A stretch of DNA of 64,000 bases from Patescibacteria group bacterium (GTDB lineage: Bacteria; Patescibacteriota; WWE3; JAMCXX01): assembly GCA_023474425.1 (NCBI GenBank), contig JAMCXX010000002.1:4217-68216 (forward strand), read 5' to 3'. Made by a program: the position numbers and the translations under genes. Below, piece by piece: positions 17,281 through 25,333 of this stretch (position 1 is the stretch's first letter; each line of letters opens with the position of its first letter). Under the pieces are notes generated by a model. The model did no database searches. It saw only the letters and a program-made list of their open reading frames with translations, and was not told where the DNA came from.

Positions 17281-17433
17281 ATGCCCAAACTCGTTTTCTA
17301 CCCATCGGGTCATATTGACCCGGCGGCCGACCCCGATGAGCAAAAGAGGCAAATAGAATTCTTTGGCCCGGAAGCCGGTGAATTCGCCGCGGTCGACGAA
17401 GAAAAGGAGGTTTTGGAAACCCAAGAAGAATAG
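17281..17433 (+). CDS. hypothetical acidic 50-aa protein (not in the ORF track)
   Basis: ATG immediately follows the upstream TAA (TAAATG). Sequence is MPKLVFYPSGHIDPAADPDEQKRQIEFFGPEAGEFAAVDEEKEVLETQEE. A hairpin follows at about 17445-17480. Confidence 0.4.
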   Translation: MPKLVFYPSGHIDPAADPDEQKRQIEFFGPEAGEFAAVDEEKEVLETQEE

Positions 17434-17511
17434 AGTTACAAAAAAAACGCGTTGGTAAAACAAGCCGGCGCGTTATTCTTTTAAGATTAGTTTTTTGGAA
17501 ATAAAAACTCG

Positions 17512-19209
17512 TCAGGCGGACTTTCTTAAATCCTTAAGTTTTAAAAGAAGTTTCGGCCGACTCGAAAACGAATCAGCGCTTAAATAAAAAACCAGACTCG
17601 CCGAATCGCCCACCGCCAGCCGCGCGGACCATTCGCCCAAATCAAATCCGATACAATCAATTGTATCGACCTCCCCATCGCCCTTGATTCTTGATTCCTG
17701 ATTCTTAGTTTTGACCTTCATCTTGAGGTGCCGGCCCTCTTTGCCCACGGTTCTCACCTCAACCACCAGGGCGTTTTTCAGCAAAAACACCGGCTCCGGG
17801 TTGCCCAGGCCAAAAGGCTCAAGTTTTTGAACCTTATTGTAAAGATCCAAATTTAGCTCGCCAAACTCGAGGGCTAAATCGACAACCAATTTCGGTTTGG
17901 GCAGAGCTATTTCTCTAATCTTCTGCCGGGCCGCTTTCGTAAATTCTTCGAGGCGGTCGGTGCGGATAGTAAAACCGGCGGCGCCGGCATGCCCTCCGAT
18001 ATTTTCATAATGTCCGCCAAGGGACCTTAAGAACTCCACCACATTAAATCCGTCAATAGACCTTGCTGAAGCCTTGGAAAATTCGGCGCCACGGCTTACA
18101 ACCACCGAAGGCGCGCCGTACTCCTGAACTAATTTTCCGGCCACCAAACCAATGATGCCTTCGTGAAATTCCTCGTGAACCGCCACCGTTATACCCGACA
18201 CCTGTTCTTTATCGTTGCTTATTTGCGATCGGGCCAGATCAAATAGGGAGGCGGTAAGCTCCTGCCTCTCGGCATTAATTCGATTAAGGTTTTGGGCAAT
18301 TTGGCGCGCCTGCTCGGGCTTATTCGTACACAAAAGCCGTAGGCTTTCCAAAGCCGTTTCCAACCGCCCGCTGGCATTAATCCGCGGGGCTAGTATCCAG
18401 CCAACTTCAAAGGTTCCTATTTTCCGCCCCTCAATACCGGCGGCTCTAATTAACTCTTTAAGACCCAAGTTTTGGGTGTGATTAATTTCCGCCAAACCGA
18501 ACTTCACCAAACTGCGGTTGGCGCCAAGGAGCGGCTGAAGGTCTGCCACCGTGGCCAGGGCCAAAAGGTCAAGATACTTAATTTGATTTACCAGCCGGCT
18601 GACAAGAACCCAGGACAGCCCGGCAGCACAAAGTTTATCCGTCCACAAAAGACTGCAGTCGGGCAAAGTTTCCGCTGGTGTGTGATGGTCGAGAATAAGA
18701 ACCTCGAAACCCCGGCTTTGAGCATAGGCCACTTCATCGAGGGCGGTGATACCGCAGTCAACCGTAATGAGGAGTGGTTTTGAGTGACTTAAGTTTCCCA
18801 AATCGCCCAAGTCACTTAGAGAATCGATTGACGACTTTGAGAGACCGTAGCCGTGTTCAAAACGGTTGGGAATAAAAGGCAGGCAGTTTTTGCAAGACAA
18901 ATCGCGGTAGATTGTCTGCCAAAGAATGCTCGCGGCGCAAACACCGTCCACATCGTAATCGCCGTGAATAAAAATCGGACGCTTTTCCAGAACGGCCGAT
19001 TTAACCGCATTCGCCGCCGAATCAAGCGCCCCCTCCTCCAACCCAAAAGATTCCTTAGATTCCTTAATTAATTCCGAAGGCTCTGGCGGCTGCAAAAATT
19101 TTCGGCGGGCCTCGTTGGTAACAATCTGTCTTTGGCGAAGGAGATTATTAACTATCCCCGACTCATTCATTGACCCCACCTGCCAGTCCCTTTCTAAAAC
19201 TTTAGCCAT
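17512..19209 (-). CDS. recJ: single-stranded-DNA-specific exonuclease RecJ
   Basis: DHH motifs HGDYDVDG and LILDHH, and DHHA1 motif GGHAGAAG. 565 aa. Confidence 0.9.
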   Translation of the reverse strand: MAKVLERDWQVGSMNESGIVNNLLRQRQIVTNEARRKFLQPPEPSELIKESKESFGLEEGALDSAANAVKSAVLEKRPIFIHGDYDVDGVCAASILWQTIYRDLSCKNCLPFIPNRFEHGYGLSKSSIDSLSDLGDLGNLSHSKPLLITVDCGITALDEVAYAQSRGFEVLILDHHTPAETLPDCSLLWTDKLCAAGLSWVLVSRLVNQIKYLDLLALATVADLQPLLGANRSLVKFGLAEINHTQNLGLKELIRAAGIEGRKIGTFEVGWILAPRINASGRLETALESLRLLCTNKPEQARQIAQNLNRINAERQELTASLFDLARSQISNDKEQVSGITVAVHEEFHEGIIGLVAGKLVQEYGAPSVVVSRGAEFSKASARSIDGFNVVEFLRSLGGHYENIGGHAGAAGFTIRTDRLEEFTKAARQKIREIALPKPKLVVDLALEFGELNLDLYNKVQKLEPFGLGNPEPVFLLKNALVVEVRTVGKEGRHLKMKVKTKNQESRIKGDGEVDTIDCIGFDLGEWSARLAVGDSASLVFYLSADSFSSRPKLLLKLKDLRKSA

Positions 19210-20122
19210 TTGCCCTCTTTCTCCGCCGGTAAAAATCGCTCAAGACGATCAAAAGCGGCCCGGCCACAAACGGCGAAGAGTAAGTGCCGGAAATAGTACC
19301 CAAAAGCAAAGCCAGGGCAAACCAGTGAAGGCTCGCCCCTCCCAAAACAAACAGGGCCGTAAGCATAAAAATAACGGTTAGGGAGTTATTGAGCGAGCGG
19401 ACAATTGTTTCGTTGGTAGAGCTGTCAATGATTTTGGCCAATTCTTCGCTATTAAGGTCGCTGAACCGGACGTTGAGCGTTTTCATTTTTTCGCGGATTC
19501 GGTCATAAACCACAATTGTGTCGTGAACCGAAAAAGAAAGAACGGTAAGGACGGCCGTGACAAAAAGCGTGTCGACCTCAACCTTAAAAAAATGACCGAG
19601 GAGGGAAAAAACGCCCAAAATCACCAGACTGTCGTGGAGAGTTGCCAAGGTGGCGCACAGACCAAAGAACCAGTCTTTAAACTGCAAAGCCACATAGACG
19701 GCGATTAAGAACGCCGCCAGAGCCACCGCCGCCACCGTTTTAAACAAAAGCTCGGCGCCCAAAGTCGGCCCCAAAGTTTCAAACTGAAGCTCGCTGACCG
19801 GCACCACCGATTGATTTATGGCCGCCACCAATTTGTCTTTCCGGGCATTGTCAATCGGCGGCAGGCGCAGGGTCAGGTTGTTGCCGGAAAAACTCTCTCC
19901 GATTAAGTTCAACCCATTGGCCTCAATAACCGCTTTTATGGGGTTCAAATAATACTCCGCGTTTGCCGACGTTCTAGTTTCGAGCGCCAGTTCCAAATTG
20001 GAGCCGCCGGTAAAGTCAACGCCGGGATTAAGCCGGTATAGAAAAAGGGAAATAAGCCCCGGCAAAATAACCAGTGCTGATATAATTAAATATATCTTTT
20101 TATAACTCATGAATCGGATCAT
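19202..20122 (-). CDS. secF: protein translocase subunit SecF
   Basis: Six-TM SecF architecture immediately downstream of secD. Confidence 0.9.
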   Translation of the reverse strand: MIRFMSYKKIYLIISALVILPGLISLFLYRLNPGVDFTGGSNLELALETRTSANAEYYLNPIKAVIEANGLNLIGESFSGNNLTLRLPPIDNARKDKLVAAINQSVVPVSELQFETLGPTLGAELLFKTVAAVALAAFLIAVYVALQFKDWFFGLCATLATLHDSLVILGVFSLLGHFFKVEVDTLFVTAVLTVLSFSVHDTIVVYDRIREKMKTLNVRFSDLNSEELAKIIDSSTNETIVRSLNNSLTVIFMLTALFVLGGASLHWFALALLLGTISGTYSSPFVAGPLLIVLSDFYRRRKRANG

Positions 20123-20136
20123 AATCTTTGAGAGCT

Positions 20137-20160
20137 AACACCACAGATTCACACAGATCG
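20137..20160 (+). repeat. fragment matching only the 5' flank of repeat copies B and C
   Basis: AACACCACAGATTCACACAGATCG, compared with AACACCACAGATTTTCTTCACAGATCTGCACAGATCG in copy C. Confidence 0.35.
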
Positions 20161-20173
20161 TCACTTTAGGCAC

Positions 20174-21532
20174 TCAACCCTTGTAAAACACTCTAATCAA
20201 AGTGCGGCTAACCACAATACCCGTAAAGAGCGAAAGCAGAACACCCAAAGCCAGAGTCAGGGCAAAGCCCCGCACCGGCCCCGAAGTATTCAAGAAACTC
20301 CACCCCAAAGGATTAAACAAAACAAAACAGGTAATAAGGGTGGCCATGTTGGCGTCCCGAATGGAAGTCCAGGCACGGCCAAACCCAAGCTCCATAGCCG
20401 GGCGCAGGCTTTTTCCCCACCTCAGCTCCTCCTTAATCCGCTCGAAAATTAGAATATTGGCGTCCACGGCCATACCGATTGAAAGCAAAAACCCGGCAAT
20501 ACCCGGCAGGGTTAAAACCACCGGTGTGAGCTTGTAAATGGCCAGAGTGAGTAATCCATAAATAATTAGGGCAACATCCGCAATGAGACCAAAGCGTCCG
20601 TAGAGTCCCGCCATAAAAACGGCCACAATAATAAGCCCCACCGCTCCGGCAAAAACGGAACGGTTTACCGAATCCCGGCCAAGAGTTGCGCCAATGTTTT
20701 CCTGGGCAATAACGCCAATGGGCACGGGTAGAGCCCCGGCATTAAGTTTGAGCGCCAAATCTTTGGCCTGGTCGGAGGTAAAATTGCCGGTAATAACCCC
20801 CTGATTGGAAATAACTGCCGTCACTTCGGGTGTGGAAATGGGCACACCGTCCAAGAAAATGGCCAAGACCCGTTCTTGGGGGGACGGCTTTTTTAAAAGC
20901 TCTTCCGTTACCTTTTTGAATTTTTGGCCGCCGTCCGCCGTTAAATCAAAACCCACCTGCGGCGCGCCGCTCGTCTGGTCAAAAGTCAGGTACGCCCTCT
21001 TTAAATCGGCGCCGGTTAAACCCGTGGGTTTATAAACATCGTTGACGGTGAGTGTCTTGGGGTTGGCCGATTTGGTCGCCTCGGCATCGAACTCCTTAAA
21101 CTCGAGTTTGGCCGTCTGGCCAATGAGGGATAAAGCCTGGCTTGTGTCATAAACTCCCGGCAGTTCCACAACCACCCGGTAATCGCTGCCCACTCTTAAG
21201 GTTTGAACATTAGGCTCGGAAACGCCAAAGAGATTAACCCGCCTCTCCAAAACACTTTTGACCGAGTCCAGAGCTTCGGTGCGGCGGTCGGCGCTAATGG
21301 AAGCCATGTCCGCTCTCAAAGTCACCCGAACGCCGCCGGAAATATCCAAGCCTTCTTTAATTTTTAAGTCGCGGGTAAAAGCGCCGTTAAAAAGATTAAT
21401 TTCGTAACCGCCTATACTTGTGTCAACCTTAATGGGCCCGTAGTCGAATTTAACGGGAATAGCGGGCAAATCCAAAAAGACGGCAATTAAAGTTACGGAA
21501 ACAATTAACCAAAGGACGGTGCGGGGGTTCAT
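20174..21532 (-). CDS. secD: protein translocase subunit SecD
   Basis: N-terminal TM segment, periplasmic P1 domain and C-terminal 5-TM bundle. The start was chosen at MNPRTVLW. Confidence 0.9.
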   Translation of the reverse strand: MNPRTVLWLIVSVTLIAVFLDLPAIPVKFDYGPIKVDTSIGGYEINLFNGAFTRDLKIKEGLDISGGVRVTLRADMASISADRRTEALDSVKSVLERRVNLFGVSEPNVQTLRVGSDYRVVVELPGVYDTSQALSLIGQTAKLEFKEFDAEATKSANPKTLTVNDVYKPTGLTGADLKRAYLTFDQTSGAPQVGFDLTADGGQKFKKVTEELLKKPSPQERVLAIFLDGVPISTPEVTAVISNQGVITGNFTSDQAKDLALKLNAGALPVPIGVIAQENIGATLGRDSVNRSVFAGAVGLIIVAVFMAGLYGRFGLIADVALIIYGLLTLAIYKLTPVVLTLPGIAGFLLSIGMAVDANILIFERIKEELRWGKSLRPAMELGFGRAWTSIRDANMATLITCFVLFNPLGWSFLNTSGPVRGFALTLALGVLLSLFTGIVVSRTLIRVFYKG

Positions 21533-21580
21533 ATTTACGAGCATTATAATACAGGATTCAGCCAAAAAAGTCAGATCGGC

Positions 21581-21790
21581 TTATTTCTTTTTGGCAGAAC
21601 CGCGGCGGACGGCGGCCGGAACCGAAAGCGGCAGTTGGCGGGCGTCGGGAAAAAATAGATTGACGGAAGCTTTATTAAAGTCGATTTTAAGAATTATTCG
21701 GTCGCCTCTTTTTATATTAAGCTGCCGCAAAAAAAGGGCCGGGATTACCACCGCGTGGGAATTGCCGTAACGATGCAGAGTTGATTCCAT
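21581..21790 (-). CDS. AbrB/MazE/SpoVT-type DNA-binding protein
   Basis: GNSHAVVIPALFLRQLNIKRGDRIILK matches the swapped-hairpin AbrB-like pattern. Confidence 0.6.
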   Translation of the reverse strand: MESTLHRYGNSHAVVIPALFLRQLNIKRGDRIILKIDFNKASVNLFFPDARQLPLSVPAAVRRGSAKKK

Positions 21791-21793
21791 AAC

Positions 21794-22381
21794 TCAAATT
21801 CGGGCCGAACCGTAAGCAAGCTCGTCGCCAAAAATAACCAGCCGCGGCTGAAGGAGGATGTTTATGAGAAACGGGTCTTTGCGCTTCTTGCGAAAGTCAA
21901 ACTCGTCCTCGGTTAGAATGGTGTAGTTAATCTCCTTTTTCAATTTTGCTTCCTCCGCTTTAACAATTTTCGACACTAAATCCTGGTTCACCCGTCCCAC
22001 AATGAGAAGGTCGATTTCGCTCTGGTCCGGGGCGCGACCTTTTAAAAAAAGTTTGGAGAGGATTATGAGCTTGGCCGCCCCCAGTTTATCCAACTCGGAA
22101 AGTAGGGCTTTAGAAAGACCGCTTTCCTTGTTAACGAGATTATAAATGTCAACAAAGTAAGGGCTTGACTCGCGAACCCGGTAGTAAACGCGATTGCCCC
22201 GCGGTTCCTTCTTTAAAAGCCCGGCTTTGGTAAGTCTTTGAAGTTCGCGGCGCACAGCGTTAATTTCCGTACCCACCTCGCGGGTAATGTGACGCACGTG
22301 GTAAAACTCGGCGGCGTTCGCCGAGAAGAACAGATTTAATATCTTAATCCTGACCGAGGAAACCAATAAATCTTCTAGCAT
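21794..22381 (-). CDS. winged-helix transcriptional regulator with a C-terminal nucleotidyltransferase-like domain (tentative)
   Basis: N-terminal ArsR-like wHTH (RIKILNLF...INAVRRELQRLTKAGLL). The C-terminal DLLIVG segment is only suggestive. Confidence 0.55.
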   Translation of the reverse strand: MLEDLLVSSVRIKILNLFFSANAAEFYHVRHITREVGTEINAVRRELQRLTKAGLLKKEPRGNRVYYRVRESSPYFVDIYNLVNKESGLSKALLSELDKLGAAKLIILSKLFLKGRAPDQSEIDLLIVGRVNQDLVSKIVKAEEAKLKKEINYTILTEDEFDFRKKRKDPFLINILLQPRLVIFGDELAYGSARI

Positions 22382-22383
22382 AC

Positions 22384-23592
22384 CTACTTATAATTAATTA
22401 TATCGCCGGTCGGCAGGATTTCGACCCAGATTTGGCCGCGGTTAAGCTTAAGGTCTTCACCATTTTCTGCAATAAATCTCGTCCTCTCATCAACGCTTAG
22501 GCGCGACCAGGTAATGGGTAAAGCCTTTCCGTCCAAGAAAGCCATGCCTTTGCCTTGACCTGTGGTTGTATATAAAAGATGGGCTTTCTCGTCGTTGAGG
22601 GGTTTTTCATCCATAAAAAGAACAACAACGTCTTTGGCCGCCAAAGTTTTTTGCGTTTCGTTGTCCGCCTGAGCCTTGCCTCCCTGACTGCGCAAGTAGG
22701 TGTTGCTTTCCTTGTCGTAATTCCAGGTGACGGCAAAATCAGGCAAATCCCAAAAATTAAAACTGATAACCTGTGAGTCCGGCCGCAAGGCAACTTCGGC
22801 GTCGTCTTTAAAAAACCAGGAACTAACGGCGTTGTGCCAAGCCCGCGGCTGGTCTGGGTACTGGGCGTAGGCCACGTCGTAAAGCTTGGGAATTGACGTG
22901 TAACCGGTGTGTTCGATGGGCACGTTGCGGCTGAAGTCGCGCCAAAAAGCTTTGTCGCCGGCCCAGGAAGCATCAATCGAAGAAACAAAAATAGTTCTCA
23001 TGTAGTCGTAAACGTTGGCGGCATTGGCTGTGGAAGCGCCACCCCAGTGGGCATACCAGGCGTCGTTTTCCTTGGCAAAGTCCACGAAATACTTGCGGGC
23101 GCTTCTGACCGGCCCCACTTTATCCGGTTCATTAGAAAGATAAACAGCTAGGAATCGGGTAATACCGCCTTCGGCCACGGCTTCATAAACTAAATCGGCC
23201 TGGGAAAGATTACTCTGCGGGCGGGCCAGCGGATGATTGTTAATCATAACCGCCATGGGCCGGCGGGCTAAAAAGGCGGCGGCCTCTGCGGGCGTGTAGA
23301 GAACGCCGTTTAGGGGGTCGGCCGCGGTTTTATCTGCCGTTGAGTTTGAATCGGAGGAGGCCGGACCGCCCGATTTGGAAGCGCGGCCAAAAAAATCGGT
23401 GGGTGAAACCAGGCCGCTGCCTGAAGCCTTTGGCGAAACGGCCGGGGAGATTGCCGAGTAAACTCCCACCGCCAAAAAGGCGCCGCCGGTTATAAAAAAT
23501 AAAAGAGTCAGACCAAAAACAAACTTTTTGGCCCGCGAGAGGGAAAGAAAGTATTCCTTAAGACTGGGTGTGGCTGGCAAGAGAAATTGCAT
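22384..23592 (-). CDS. DUF3048-like secreted protein
   Basis: N-terminal TM segment. The pattern NHPLARPQSNLSQADLVYEAVAEGGITRFLAVY is typical of DUF3048. Confidence 0.65.
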   Translation of the reverse strand: MQFLLPATPSLKEYFLSLSRAKKFVFGLTLLFFITGGAFLAVGVYSAISPAVSPKASGSGLVSPTDFFGRASKSGGPASSDSNSTADKTAADPLNGVLYTPAEAAAFLARRPMAVMINNHPLARPQSNLSQADLVYEAVAEGGITRFLAVYLSNEPDKVGPVRSARKYFVDFAKENDAWYAHWGGASTANAANVYDYMRTIFVSSIDASWAGDKAFWRDFSRNVPIEHTGYTSIPKLYDVAYAQYPDQPRAWHNAVSSWFFKDDAEVALRPDSQVISFNFWDLPDFAVTWNYDKESNTYLRSQGGKAQADNETQKTLAAKDVVVLFMDEKPLNDEKAHLLYTTTGQGKGMAFLDGKALPITWSRLSVDERTRFIAENGEDLKLNRGQIWVEILPTGDIINYK

Positions 23593-24019
23593 CTTTTTCT
23601 TCCCGGGAAAATTCAAAACCGTCCTCCTTAAAATCCTTAACCGGTTTGGCGTAAACCCGCGTTGTTTCGCGCCCGTGTAAACTCGATATTACCACGCCAT
23701 TACCTTCGCCGTCCATGAAAGAAACGGCAAATGACTGATTGCCGCCGAGCTCGTTGAAGGGGTTAAAACGCACCACCTTTAAATTTTTAAGATACCCCAA
23801 CGACTCGCGGTTAAGTTTTTCCAAATCCCGGCTAATCTTTTCCACCTCTTTGGCGGTTTTGCGGGCGCGGGACAAATGCTCCTCCCAAATTTTTTCCAGA
23901 TTTTCGCCCTCGACTCCGCGGGTCAGTTTTTTGTAGAGCAAAAGGGTTTGGGCCAAAACGAGGCTTAAAAGTATGAGCCAAACTGCCAGCAGTGCTACAA
24001 TAACGTATATAAAACTCAT
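23558..24019 (-). CDS. DUF4446-like membrane-anchored protein
   Basis: N-terminal TM segment, coiled coil, and RFNPFNELGGNQSFAVSFMDGEGNGVVISSLHGR. Confidence 0.6.
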   Translation of the reverse strand: MSFIYVIVALLAVWLILLSLVLAQTLLLYKKLTRGVEGENLEKIWEEHLSRARKTAKEVEKISRDLEKLNRESLGYLKNLKVVRFNPFNELGGNQSFAVSFMDGEGNGVVISSLHGRETTRVYAKPVKDFKEDGFEFSREEKDAISLASHTQS

Positions 24020-24050
24020 GGGCGGTGAGTAAGTTTACTGCTCATCTAAA

Positions 24051-24071
24051 GATTAGACCTATTATAACAAT
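24051..24071. promoter_or_regulatory. perfect 8-bp-arm inverted repeat upstream of the Cys-rich ORF
   Basis: GACCTATT-ATAAC-AATAGGTC, about 10 nt upstream of the GGAGGAG SD (24085-24091). Confidence 0.4.
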
Positions 24072-24096
24072 AGGTCAACCAAAAGGAGGAGATAAA

Positions 24097-24843
24097 TTGG
24101 CACAAAACAAAGTGTTTCAGTTGAGACTATTTGACGACCAATCGGCCAAAGTCCTTGACCCGGCCGGACAGACGTCTCACCTCACCCAAGAAGGGCGGCG
24201 CAAGCCCCGCCCGCGCCGAAGGTCATCGGACGAAAAATCAATCGCCGGCCTTCTCCTTCAGCGGGACGGCACGCGGGAAGAGTGGAACCGGATTCTGCGC
24301 TACATTTTTCTTGCGGACACCGACGAATTTCCCCCCGGCCTCTACCGCTCAAAATACTGCGGCTGCATGGTAGAAATTCGGCAGGGCAATACCTACACGG
24401 CGCACCTCTGCCCCGAGCACGAAGAGCTGGACCCGAATTGCTTTGAGCTGCCCTTCGAAAAGCTTGTGATTAAAAAACGGGTCGAGGAATTCAGGCAGTG
24501 GTATTATAAACTGCCCATGGCCGGTGTGGAAAAAGACGCTTGGGGAGCTTTTCGCGGTTTGGCTCTTTTGCCATGGGACTTTGGTTTTAAGAAGCCTCAA
24601 GAGTGGCTTAGCAAAACGGTGACTATTGAGGCTAAGTACGGCGCCTGCGGCTGTTCTTACACAATGAGAAGGTACAATGTGGAAGGCGTTCCCTGGCACG
24701 CAAGAACCGGTCATGTTTACCTTTTAGTAAAGATTGGATCGTGCGGCAACCACGGCAATTCCTGCCAAAGACCGAACTTGCCGATAGGTAACAAAGCCAG
24801 CCGTCAAATCAATCAGATAATCGCCCAATATCGCCGAGTCTAG
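24097..24843 (+). CDS. hypothetical Cys/His-rich protein with a basic N-terminus
   Basis: TTG start 5 nt after GGAGGAG. Two CGC-containing modules are present (YCGCMVEI...LCPEH and GACGCSY...SCGNHGNSC). Confidence 0.55.
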   Translation: MAQNKVFQLRLFDDQSAKVLDPAGQTSHLTQEGRRKPRPRRRSSDEKSIAGLLLQRDGTREEWNRILRYIFLADTDEFPPGLYRSKYCGCMVEIRQGNTYTAHLCPEHEELDPNCFELPFEKLVIKKRVEEFRQWYYKLPMAGVEKDAWGAFRGLALLPWDFGFKKPQEWLSKTVTIEAKYGACGCSYTMRRYNVEGVPWHARTGHVYLLVKIGSCGNHGNSCQRPNLPIGNKASRQINQIIAQYRRV

Positions 24844-24860
24844 CCCCTCGGCGATTTTTT
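24830..24860 (+). terminator. intrinsic terminator
   Basis: ATCGCCGAG-(8 nt)-CTCGGCGAT followed by TTTTT. The stop codon lies in the loop. Confidence 0.75.
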
Positions 24861-24922
24861 GATGACCATTTCCCAAATCCAAATTTTCTAAATGACCAAC
24901 ACTTGGAGTATCATTGATTCAT

Positions 24923-25273
24923 ATGTCCAAAAAGACTCGGGCGGAAAAAGAAGTTTCGCATCTAAGGCGGGAGGTGGAAGCGCTTAAAAACCAACTGCGC
25001 GCCCAAGCGGCCAACGTTCAAAATCCGTCAATTCAGGCGCAAGGAACGATGGCGGCGGAAAGACCGATTTATGTTCAAAGTCCCAAAAAGGCGGCGGCGG
25101 TAAACCCCGAAGAAGTTTTGCGCACCGATTTTGCCTATCTTAAGGCTGACCTCCTGCGTACCGGCGTTTTGGCCGTTTCCTCTTTTGCCGCTATTGGCCT
25201 AATTTACTTTGTGCAGACTAACCCCTCCCTGCTCAACAATCTGACACCCCTTCTCAAAAAATTTGGTCTTTAA
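24923..25273 (+). CDS. hypothetical coiled-coil protein with a C-terminal TM segment
   Basis: ATG 24923 (MSKKTRAEKE...). Hydrophobic stretch VLAVSSFAAIGLIYFV. Confidence 0.5.
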   Translation: MSKKTRAEKEVSHLRREVEALKNQLRAQAANVQNPSIQAQGTMAAERPIYVQSPKKAAAVNPEEVLRTDFAYLKADLLRTGVLAVSSFAAIGLIYFVQTNPSLLNNLTPLLKKFGL

Positions 25274-25333
25274 ACTAACCTTAGAAAGAAGTATTTTTCG
25301 CCAAGATTAAAACAACAAAAAAGATAGTTGGGC

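Noticed and set aside
22497-22988. 163-aa ORF inside the DUF3048 gene. Many similar antisense or off-frame ORFs occur elsewhere (for example 198-656, 5839-6198, 9794-10390, 44798-45286).
   Set aside because: These are shadow ORFs overlapping well-supported genes. They have no independent start signals.
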